DNA of 20,233 nucleotides. It comes from Octopus sinensis. Its lineage: Eukaryota. A model generated the notes under the pieces. That model was not told where the DNA came from, made no database searches, and worked only from the letters and a program-made list of their open reading frames with translations. A program made the position numbers and the translations under genes. Within the stretch, counting starts at the first letter, position 1. Each line of letters opens with the position of its first letter. The stretch spans positions 1 through 20,233 of the forward strand of contig NW_021824140.1 in assembly GCF_006345805.1 (NCBI RefSeq), given 5' to 3'. Below, one piece after another: positions 1 to 9,158 of the stretch.

Positions 1-494
1 AAATAAAACTTCACTATTATACATATGAAAATAAATCAAAACAATTATAATTAAACAATAGCTGTGCTGAAAAATCCTGAGATAATAAAATAATGACACA
101 ACATTTGTTGTTTTAACTGCATGTGTCTCCCTCTTTTTGAATAACTTCAGATAAAGGAAGAGTACAATTCTTCCTTACAATATTTACCTTCATATTACTC
201 CACTGTTATTTTAATTTGAAATTAGATTTCAAGTTCTTACAGCAGAGACCAAGATTAAATAAGTAAAACACATGAGACCTTTCTGTACATTATAAGATGT
301 GACAGGAAGCTCTACCGAGCAGACTTTTGTGGAATTGGAAAGGAAGATTCATAAGTATTCTCCACTTTTTATTGGATTCTTTTGTGATAGAAGTGAACAA
401 ACCTGATTGTTTTCAAATTAAATAATCAAGATATTTAAATTAGATAAAAAGAAACTTTATTCAGAAATTGATAATTACTATTAAAGCAAAACGA

Positions 495-568
495 AATTTT
501 ACCGGTGAGTGTGTTAAATAATAAGGCACTAAAAGAGAATGACTCTCCCCAGACACAACAAAATTATT
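495..568 (+). repeat. Fragment of interspersed repeat also present at 5219-5345 (reverse) and 5401-5462
   Basis: aattttaccggtgagtgtgttaaataataaggcactaaaagagaatgactctccccagacacaacaaaattatt closely matches the reverse complement of 5219-5291. Confidence 0.8.
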
Positions 569-1002
569 TTGTATCAAACTTTGTACAAAATTCTTCTAAA
601 TAAATTGATAACATAAGTTTCTTATTTTTTGCTTGGATAACTGGGGGAGAAATTCTATTCACACATTATATGCCATGTAAATACACAACAAAATAATAAA
701 GCTGTTCAAAGCTATAGGTTATTGTTTATATAGACCAGCTGGAGCAAATTTAGTTTAACATTTAATGCGTAGCAATAAACTCATTTATAAAAGTGTTAGT
801 TTTCTTTAAATTGAGAAAACGTAAGACTTTTAGTGACTTTATAAAACTAAAAAGAGTAACTTCAAACTTTGATGACCCCAGACAAATTCCTTTACTGACT
901 GAGATCTTCATCTTGTTCTGGTCAATGACTGTCAAAGTAATTTGCATATTTTAAAAGCATCAAAAGGAAAATTTGTTGCCTAGAGAAGAGAGGTTGAATT
1001 TG

Positions 1003-1300
1003 TCATCCGACTCGTAGCCGATGCCAGCACCGCCTCGTCTGGCTTCCGTGCCGGTGGCACATAAAATACACCAATCCGACCGTGGCCGTTGCCAGCCTCG
1101 CCTGGCACCTGTGCAGGTGGCACGTAAAAAGCACCCACTACACTCACGGAGTGGTTGGCGTTAGGAAGGGCATCCAGCTGTAGAAACACTGCCAGATAAG
1201 ACTGGAGCCTGGTGCAGCCTTCTGGCTTCCCAGATCCCCGGTCGAACTGTCCAACCCATGCTAGCATGGAGAACGGACGTTAAACGACGATGATGATGAT
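1003..1300 (+). mobile_element. 5'-truncated 3' terminal module of the RTE-associated element (60-bp repeats + terminal segment + (GAT)n tail)
   Basis: Near-identical to 12465-12759 and homologous to 11290-11595. It ends ccaacccatgctagcatggagaacggacgttaaacga(cga)(tga)n. Confidence 0.85.
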
Positions 1301-1320
1301 AAAAGCACAGAGAATAATGA

Positions 1321-1440
1321 TGGACTGGACATTTTCTTTAGATTAATGATCAGAGGATCCCTAAACAGATGCTATATGCTAAACTTCTTTATGGAAAGAG
1401 CCCCCAGCAGAAACGAAGACTACGATTTAAGGACTGTGTA
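1321..1440 (+). pseudogene. Old RTE/BovB-like LINE ORF C-terminal fragment
   Basis: Manual translation gives WTGHFL*INDQRIPKQMLYAKLLYGKSPQQKRRLRFKDCV, which fits the RTE C-terminal pattern RWxGH..R...RIPKQxLYG.L..GKR..G....RFKD. It has one in-frame stop. Confidence 0.75.
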
Positions 1441-1513
1441 TATATAATATATGTATATATATATATATTATATATAATATATATATATATATATAATATA
1501 TATATATATATAT
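1439..1513. repeat. (TA)n microsatellite, imperfect
   Basis: Direct reading. Confidence 0.95.
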
Positions 1514-1742
1514 ACTAAGCAATTAAGGGTTTAGCAACGAATTGCCTCACCACACACCGAATTTAGAAATAGCAGTCAAAGAGTTATAGCTATTCTTTCT
1601 ACTAAAAGGGGGATCTCAGTTGCTAAACCCTTAATTGCTTAGTATTACTTAAATTTTCCTCGAATGAGGCTTTTACATGCCGAAATCTACTTGGTGTAAT
1701 TAATAATTATTCCAAATTAATTAATTTCACCCTTTATTGTTA

Positions 1743-1746
<4 letters not shown>
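1512..1746 (+). mobile_element. Small element with a 27-bp perfect inverted repeat inserted in (TA)n; possibly a Penelope-like remnant
   Basis: 1512-1538 atactaagcaattaagggtttagcaac is the exact reverse complement of 1619-1645. A degenerate hammerhead-like motif lies at 1658-1690, and (TA)n flanks both sides. Confidence 0.5.

Positions 1747-1802
<56 letters not shown>
1747..1802. repeat. (TA)n microsatellite
   Basis: Direct reading. Confidence 0.95.
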
Positions 1803-1809
<7 letters not shown>

Positions 1810-1811
1810 CG

Positions 1812-1928
1812 GATACTTACCAGGCTGAAAAATGTACTTTAATGAGGTCAATTGGTTCGACTAAAAATCCTGCAAGGCGGTAACCCAGCATGGCCGCAAT
1901 TTAATGACTGAAACAATTAAAAAAAGAA
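1812..1928 (+). mobile_element. Degenerate 3' tail of SINE family A
   Basis: ttcgactaaaaatcctgcaaggcggtaacccagcatggccgcaatttaatgactgaaaca matches the tail at 3240-3296. Confidence 0.7.
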
Positions 1929-2007
1929 GAAGCAATATACGAAAATTGTTATCGATGTCAACAACTTCTCCGTCCCGCTTTCACAAATTCAGCGAAACAG
2001 AAATGAA

Positions 2008-2009
<2 letters not shown>

Positions 2010-2049
<40 letters not shown>
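2010..2049. repeat. (CA)n microsatellite
   Basis: Direct reading. Confidence 0.95.
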
Positions 2050-2052
<3 letters not shown>

Positions 2053-2336
2053 TGGCTGACCCACACACTCATACAATTTCTTCAGAATGTCACGGTTTTA
2101 AGGTCAACATTTTTAAAGCATAAATATCTACGAGTGTGCGTCTTTGCATGTATCTATATGTGTGGGTGTTTGTGCGTGTGTGAGCACAGTCCACCCATAC
2201 CCATGTTGGTCGCATCGTCTCATTTGACCCAGCCACGAAATTTTTTTTCTCCCTCGAGTGTTCCGGATCCCATTAATGAACTAATTTGCATACAACCAGT
2301 CAGAGCTCACCTTCAACTTGTTGTCAGGTTAACAAA

Positions 2337-2748
2337 CAGGAGTGTCTGTATGGGAAGTAGCTCGCTTACCAACCACATGGTTCCGGGTTCAATCCCACTA
2401 CGTGGCACCATGGGCAAATGTCTTCTACCATAGCCTACGGACCGACCAAAGCTTTGTCAGTGGATTTTGTTCACGGAAACAGAAGGAAGCCCGTCGTATA
2501 TATGAATATATATATATATATATGTATGTATGTGTGTGTGTGTATGTTACTGTGTCTGTGTTTGTCCTCCCAACATAGTTTCACAACCGATGCTGGTGTG
2601 TTTGCGTCCCCATAACTTAGCGGTTCGGTATATGAGACCGATAGAATAAGTACTAGGTTTACAAATAATAGGTCCTCGGGTCGATCTACTGGACAAAAGT
2701 CGGTGCTCCAGCATGGCCACAGTCAAATGACTGAAACATGTAAAAGAG
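2337..2748 (+). mobile_element. tRNA-derived SINE family A (CORE-like central segment, internal TA/TG microsatellite)
   Basis: Pol III B-box ggttcaatccc, then a CORE-like tggcaccatgggcaaatgtcttct, internal (TA)n(TG)n, and tail gcatggccacagtcaaatgactgaaaca. Colinear with 2906-3296. Confidence 0.85.
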
Positions 2749-2754
2749 TATACA

Positions 2755-2764
2755 ATATATATAG

Positions 2765-2815
<51 letters not shown>

Positions 2816-2850
2816 CAACCATATATGTATACATATATATATATATATAT
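2755..2850. repeat. (TA)n-rich microsatellite
   Basis: Direct reading. Confidence 0.9.
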
Positions 2851-2905
2851 GGTTATAATTCGGAATGGTCATTTTGCCAGTTTAGGCAATAAATATATAA
2901 ACATA

Positions 2906-3292
2906 GTCGCTGGAGTGGCAGTGTGGCTTGCTAACCAACCACATGGTTCCGGGTTCAGTCCCACTGCGTGGCATCTTGGGCAAGTGTCTTCTGCTATAGC
3001 CCCGGGCCGACCAAAGCCTTGTGAGTGGATTTGGTAGAGGGAAACTGAAAGAAGCCTATCGTATACATGTACATATATATATATATGTATGTGTGTGTTT
3101 GTGTGTCTGTGTTTGTCCTCCTAGCATTGCTTGACAACCGATGCTGGTGTGTGTACGTCCCCGTCACTTAGCGGTTCGGCAAAAGAGACCGATAGAATAA
3201 GTACTGGGCTTACAAAGAATAAGTCCCGGGGTCGATTTGCTCGACTAAAGCTGGTGCTCCAGCATGGCCGCAGTCAAATGACTGAAACAAGT

Positions 3293-3296
<4 letters not shown>
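2906..3296 (+). mobile_element. tRNA-derived SINE family A, full-length copy
   Basis: A-box-like tggcagtgtgg, B-box ggttcagtccc, CORE-like tggcatcttgggcaagtgtcttct, internal microsatellite, and the same 3' tail as 2337-2748. Confidence 0.85.
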
Positions 3297-3341
<45 letters not shown>

Positions 3342-3445
3342 ATAGATATATATATATGTATCTATATATCTATCTATCTATTTATCTATATATATTCATA
3401 CATACATACATACATACATACATACATACATACATACATACATAG
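3296..3445. repeat. Compound microsatellite (TA)n/(TAGATA)n/(TCTA)n/(CATA)n
   Basis: Direct reading. Confidence 0.9.
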
Positions 3446-3818
3446 GTGTATATACTCAGACACGCATATCTGAAACAAAATAATAACAAAGGGTTGTACT
3501 AGATATTGTTATTACTTTATATAGTTGTGGCGTGTAATTAAATGTAAATTATAAGCTAGTTGATGTTTAATTGTTAAAGGTATCAGCAGGAAGCTTGCAT
3601 GCGTATGTGTGTCTGTTGATGCGTCAATGCTCGTGTCCCCTTCGCAAGCGAAAAACGAACCCATTTCAATTCGAAACTCTCACGTCGGTTTTATATGACG
3701 CAAGGGAAGTAATTCTAGATGTTATTTTGTATACCCTCCAGCCTTCATCAGGTGTCTTGGGGAAATTTGAGTTCACATTCCTAAGGTATTTTTTCGTACC
3801 TGTATCTATAGTTATATT

Positions 3819-3931
3819 TCTCTCTCTTTCTCTCTCTCTCCCTCTCTCTCTCTCTCTCCTCGCACACATATATGTATATATACAGATAGATAGATAGAGA
3901 GATAGATAGATAGATAGATAGATATATATAT
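3819..3931. repeat. (CT)n and (GATA)n microsatellites
   Basis: Direct reading. Confidence 0.9.
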
Positions 3932-4428
3932 GTTTCTTTATTAGCCACACAGGGCTGCACACAGATAGAACAAATTACAAGGTAGAGCTTTTCTTTTGAA
4001 GGTTTAAAAAAAAAAAGGAAAGGGGGGAGTTTCGATCAAAAGGGATCGTAAAAGGAGAGAAAGAGGACAAAAAAGGGGGGGTTAAAAAAGGGAGGAGAGG
4101 AAAAAAAGAAAAAAAAATTGATCAATAGGGATCGTTATCACAGAAATGTCAATATGAAGTGTAAAGGGGAGGACAGGTGAGGTTTACCCGTGGAAAGAAA
4201 AGCCTACGGAAAAGACCACGGTAACCTCGGTCAATGAAGTCACATTTTATATTTTTTTTTTTTTTTTTTTTTTTTTGCAAATGAGCAAATCTCTGTTTTC
4301 AATTTCTGGGTTCATAGGATTATGCTCAAGGTGGCTTCGTCATTCATACGTGCCATTCTTGCTACATTCACCCATCTTTTTTTAAAACATTCGCTAGACA
4401 AAACTTGCCTCTCTATTCTCACTTTCCT
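3932..4428 (-). mobile_element. 5'-truncated L1/Tx1-like LINE: ORF2 C-terminus plus 3' UTR, inserted in (GATA)n
   Basis: Minus strand 4428-4312 translates RKVRIERQVLSSECFKKRWVNVARMARMNDEATLSIIL*, reminiscent of Tx1-type ORF2 ends (..R.E......F..RW). A pyrimidine-rich 3' UTR follows, ending gccctgtgtggctaataaagaaac. (GATA)n flanks both sides. The clade assignment is from pattern recall only. Confidence 0.6.
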
Positions 4429-4431
4429 TAG

Positions 4432-4462
<31 letters not shown>

Positions 4463-4596
4463 GATAAATAGATAGATAGATAAATAGATAGATAGATAAA
4501 TAGATAGATAGATAAATAGATAGAGAGATAGATAGATAGATAGATAGAAAGAGAGATAGATAGATAGATAGTTAGATAGATAGATAGATAGATAGT

Positions 4597-4680
<84 letters not shown>

Positions 4681-4688
4681 CAGACAGA
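4429..4688. repeat. Long (GATA)n microsatellite with variants
   Basis: Direct reading. Confidence 0.95.
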
Positions 4689-4770
4689 GAAGTATAAAGA
4701 CAAGTAGTGTGTATGTTCATACACTTCTTGTGCGCCTGTATGAATAGCAGACAATAACAAAAGAAAATCC

Positions 4771-5095
4771 AAAAAATTAACGAGAAATATCATAGAAGCC
4801 AGAATATTTTTTGTCTTTGGAAAAGGTGAAGATATATTTATGCCTCACTTAAGTTTAATACCTTCAAATATTCCCTTCGAACTCAAACGACTTCAATTTC
4901 CAATACGTCAGTCTCTTGCGATGTCCATTGATAAGTATCAAAATCAGACATTCAAAGTTACTTCTTTGCAATTAGAGAAGGCTTGTTTTTCACACAGACA
5001 TATCCTGGGGTTCCAGAGTGGGGAGCAAAGACAATTTTTTCATTTTCACCCCTACAGGTAAAACTCAAACCAATGTCTATAAGGACGTTTTTAGC
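4771..5095 (+). pseudogene. Helitron RepHel / PIF1-family helicase C-terminal fragment, decayed
   Basis: KKLTRNIIEARIFFVFGKGEDIFMPHLSLIPSNIPFELKRLQFPIRQSLAMSIDKYQNQTFKVTSLQLEKACFSH, then a frameshift to GSRVGSKDNFFIFTPTGKTQTNVYKDVF. This matches the Helitron helicase pattern FKRLQFPVRLAFAMTINKSQGQ..FSHGQLYVA.SRV..TKNIVYKEVL with motifs V and VI damaged. Confidence 0.88.
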
Positions 5096-5218
5096 ATGGG
5101 ATCAACGGACAAGATTTGCAGAATGAATAAAAACTTTGAATTGAAATTGTCAACGCAACACTATATTCGCATAAGAAAATGTGTTTCTATTTTTTGGTTG
5201 TTGTAATACTGAAGTTCA

Positions 5219-5360
5219 ATAATTCTGTTGTGTCTGGAGAGAATCATTTTCTTTTTGTGCCTTATTATGTAAAACACTCACCGGTAAAATTCCCACTTTT
5301 TTCTTATTTTTATTGTCCTAAAATTTTCGTTGCGTCTTGCAACCTATATACATATGTATG

Positions 5361-5402
<42 letters not shown>

Positions 5403-5462
5403 TTGCAAGTACAATAAAAATAAGAAAAAAGTGGGAATTTTACCGGTGAGTGTGTTATATTA
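5219..5462. mobile_element. Two inverted fragments of one repeat family around (TA)n; possibly Penelope-like
   Basis: 5274-5316 is the exact reverse complement of 5411-5453 (43 bp), and 5336-5350 pairs with 5395-5409. The minus strand of the left copy has gttgc-aagac-gcaac-gaaa. Confidence 0.6.
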
Positions 5463-5468
5463 TAACAT

Positions 5469-7790
5469 CCGAAAGGATGAAAGGCAAAGTCGACCTCGGC
5501 GGAATTGTTGAACTCAGAACGTAACGGCAGACGAAATACCTATTTCTTTACTACCCATAAGGGGATAAACACAGACGGGACAAACAAGGACAGACAAACG
5601 GATTAAGTCGACTACATCGACCCCAGTGCGTAACTGGTACTTATTTAATGGACCCCGAAAGGATGAAAGGCAAAGTCGACCTCGGCGGAATTTGAACTCA
5701 TAACGTAACGGCAGAAGAAATACCTATTTCTTTACTACCCACAAGGGGCTAAACACAGACGGGACAAACAAGGACAGACAAACGGATTAAGTCGGTAATA
5801 TCGACCCTAGTGCGTAACTGGTACTTATTTAATGGACCCCGAAAGGATGAAAGGCAAAGTCGACCTCGGCGGAATTTGAACTCAGAACGTAAGGGCAGAC
5901 GAAATACCTATTTCTTTACTACCCACAAGGGGCTTAACACAGACGGGACAAACAAGGACAGACAACGGATTAAGTCGACTATATCGACCCCAGTGCGTAA
6001 CTGGTACTTATTTAATCGACCCCGAAAGGATGAAAGGCAAAGTCGACCGCGGCGGAATTTGAACCCAGAACGTAACGGCAGACGAAATGCCTATTTCTTT
6101 ACTACCCACAAGGGGATATACACAGACGGGACAAACAAGGACAGACAAACGGATTAAGTCGATTATATCGACCCCAGTGCGTAACTGGTACTTAATTTAT
6201 CGACCCCGAAAGGATGAAAGGCAAGGTCGACCTCGGCGGAATTTGAACCCAGAACGTAACGGCAGATGAAATACCTATTTCTTTACTACCCACAAGGGGC
6301 TAAACACAGACGGGACAAACAAGGACAGACAAACGGATTAAGTCGACTATATCGACCCCAGTGCGTAACTGGTACTTATTTAATGGACCCCGAAAGGATG
6401 AAAGGCAAAGTCGACCGCGGCGGAATTTGAACCCAGAACGTAACGGCAGACGAAATGCCTATTTCTTTACTACCCACAAGGGGATATACACAGACGGGAC
6501 AAACAAGGACAGACAAACGGATTAAGTCGATTATATCGACCCCAGTGCGTAACTGGTACTTAATTTATCGACCCCGAAAGGATGAAGGGCAAGGTCGACC
6601 TCGGCGGAATTTGAACCCAGAACGTAACGGCAGATGAAATACCTATTTCTTTACTACCCCCAAGGGGCTAAACACAGACGGGACAAACAAGGACAGACAA
6701 ACGGATTAAGTCGACTATATCGACCCCAGTGCGTAACTGGTACTTATTTAATGGACCCCGAAAGGATGAAAGGCAAAGTCGACCGCGGCGGAATTTGAAC
6801 CCAGAACGTAACGGCAGACGAATGCCTATTTCTTTACTACCCACAAGGGGATATACACAGACGGGACAAACAGGACAGACAAACGGATTAAGTCGATTAT
6901 ATCGACCCCAGTGCGTAACTGGTACTTAATTTATCGACCCCGAAAGGATGAAGGGCAAGGTCGACCTCGGCGGAATTTGAACCCAGAACGTAACGGCAGA
7001 TGAAATACCTATTTCTTACTACCCACAAGGGGCTAAACACAGACGGGACAAACAAGGACAGACAAACGGATTAAGTCGGTAATATCGACCCTAGTGCGTA
7101 ACTGGTACTTATTTAATGGACCCCGAAAGGATGAAAGGCAAAGTCGACCTCGGCGGAATTTGAACTCAGAACGTAACGGCAGACGAAATACCTATTTCTT
7201 TACTACCCATAAGGGGATAAACCCAGACGGGACAAACAAGGACAGACAAACGGATTAAGTCGACTATATCGACCCCAGTGCGTAACTGGTACTTATTTAA
7301 TCGACCCCGAAAGGATGAAAGGCAAAGTCGACCTCGGCGGAATTTGAACTCAGAACGTAACGGCAGACGAAATACCTATTTCTTTACTACCCAGAAGGGG
7401 CTAAACACAGAGTGGACAAACAAGGACAGACAAACGGATTAAGTCGTCTGTATCGACCCCAGTGCGTAACTGGTACTTATTTAATGGACCCCGAAAGAAT
7501 GAAAGGCAAAGTCGACCTCGGCGGAATTTGAACTCAGAACGTAACGGCAGACGAAATACCTATTTCTTTACTACCCACAAGGGGCTAAACACAGAGAGGA
7601 CAAACAAGGACAGACAAACGAATTAAGTCGTCTATTTCGACCCCAGTGCGTAACTGGTACTTATTTAATGGACCCCGAAAGAATGAAAGGCTAAGTCGAC
7701 CTCGGCGGAATTTGAACCCAGAACGTAACGGCAGACGAAATACTGCTAAGCATTTCGCCCGGCGTGCAAACGTTCCTGCCAGCTCGCGCC
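5469..7790 (-). repeat. Tandem array of ~184-bp units derived from tRNA-SINE family B (12 full periods plus one SINE head)
   Basis: The anchor ccgaaag(g/a)atgaa occurs at 5469, 5655, 5839, 6022, 6206, 6390, 6574, 6758, 6940, 7123, 7307, 7491 and 7675. Each unit has the minus-strand B-box g(a/g)gttcaaattcc. A single 5' head at 7744-7790 matches the dispersed copies at 15420-15522 and 20059-20233. Confidence 0.95.
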
Positions 7791-8054
7791 TTAATAAAAG
7801 CGAAATTCCCTTGTGCCTGTGACCCCTGTCCCTCAGTCTACATAGACATATTCTACCCTTTTGGAATCAGGATGATCCCAGGATTGAAACTCTGCTCTTC
7901 ATTTGGGTGTTGAAGATCCAGCATTGGGATCTGGTTTAAAACCATTTTGGCTGCTATTTCTAGCAGGTAAAGCCACAGTGGGAAGTACAAGAGTTACGTC
8001 CCTTAGTTTAAAGTGTTACCAAGGAATTTTGTAGTTTTTTCACTTTTCTCAGTT

Positions 8055-8200
8055 ATTAGACTGCGGCCACGCTGGGGCACCGCATTGAAGAATTTTAATC
8101 TAAGAAACTGACACCAGTTATTATTTTTGTCTGGTAGATTTTATTGGCCTTTTATAGCGAACCGCTAAGTCACATGGAGATAAACGTAAACGACAGACAC
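8055..8200 (-). mobile_element. Degenerate right half of SINE family A
   Basis: The reverse complement contains acttagcggttcgc and gcggtgccccagcgtggccgcagtc, as in 3165-3275. Confidence 0.75.
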
Positions 8201-8596
8201 ACACACAAAGCCACAATACACGCACGCACACACACACACACATACATACATACATACGTACATGCATACGTATATACATACGTACATACGTACATACATA
8301 CATACATAATACGTACATACATACATACATACATACTTACGTACATTCTTACGTACATACATTCTTACGTACATACATACATACATACAAACATACACAT
8401 ACATACATACATACATACGTCCATACGTACATGCATACGTATATACAGACGTACATACGTACATATACGCATACATAATACATACATAATACATATATAC
8501 GTGCACACATACTTACGTACATACGTACATACACACACACATCCGTACATACATGCATAATACATACATACATACCACATACATACACACAGAAAT

Positions 8597-8678
<82 letters not shown>

Positions 8679-8704
8679 TATACACATATACATATATATA
8701 TATA
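8196..8704. repeat. Long compound/cryptic microsatellite (CA)n/(TACA)n/(CGTA)/(TA)n
   Basis: Direct reading. Confidence 0.9.
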
Positions 8705-8705
8705 A

Positions 8706-9158
8706 GGCCTCTCGCTCAGAGTAAAAGGCAGACTGTATGATGCATGTGTACGTACAGCCATGCTACATGGTAGTGAAACATGGGCCGTGACTGCTGAGGA
8801 TATGCGTAAGCTCGCAAGAAATGAAGCCAGTATGCTCCGATGGATGTGTAATGTCAGTGTTCATAATCGTCAGAGTGTAAGTTCCTTGAGAGAAAAGTTG
8901 AACCTAAGAAGCGTCAGCTGTGGCGTGCAAGAGAGACGGCTGCGCTGGTATGGTCATGTGACGAGAAAGGCTGAAGATAGTTGTGTGCAAAAGTGCTACA
9001 CCCTAGCAGTTGAGGGAACCTGTGGAAGAGGTAGACCCAGGAAAACCTGGGACGAGGTGGTGAAGCACGACCTTCGAACTTTAGGTCTCACTAAGGAAAT
9101 GTCTAGAGACCGAGACCTATGGAAGTATGCTGTGCGTGAGAAGACCCGGCAAGACTAG
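8706..9158 (+). pseudogene. RTE LINE endonuclease-reverse transcriptase, C-terminal region only (uninterrupted frame)
   Basis: GLSLRVKGRLYDACVRTAMLHGSETW...MLRWMC...RRLRWYGHV.R...VEG..GRGRPRKTW..VV..DL...DRDLW matches hallmark RTE C-terminal motifs. The frame is open from 8706, where it abuts (TA)n. Confidence 0.92.

Noticed and set aside
762-947. 61-aa minus-strand ORF or exon
   Set aside because: No recognisable domain and no convincing donor site.
2337-2410. tRNA gene
   Set aside because: Pol III box motifs are present but there is no cloverleaf, and the sequence continues into a SINE body.
5810-6929. ORFs within the 184-bp array
   Set aside because: They are frame read-throughs of a SINE-derived unit whose length is not a multiple of 3, with no protein motifs.
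5469-7790. CRISPR-like array or retrozyme
   Set aside because: Units repeat over their full length with no unique spacers and no cas genes. ccgaaagg/atgaaa resembles hammerhead parts, but I found no CUGANGA core in the unit.
8121-8761. YVCM/HTYI-rich ORFs (also 2547-2834, 4394-4720, 14149-14538)
   Set aside because: Microsatellite translation artefacts.
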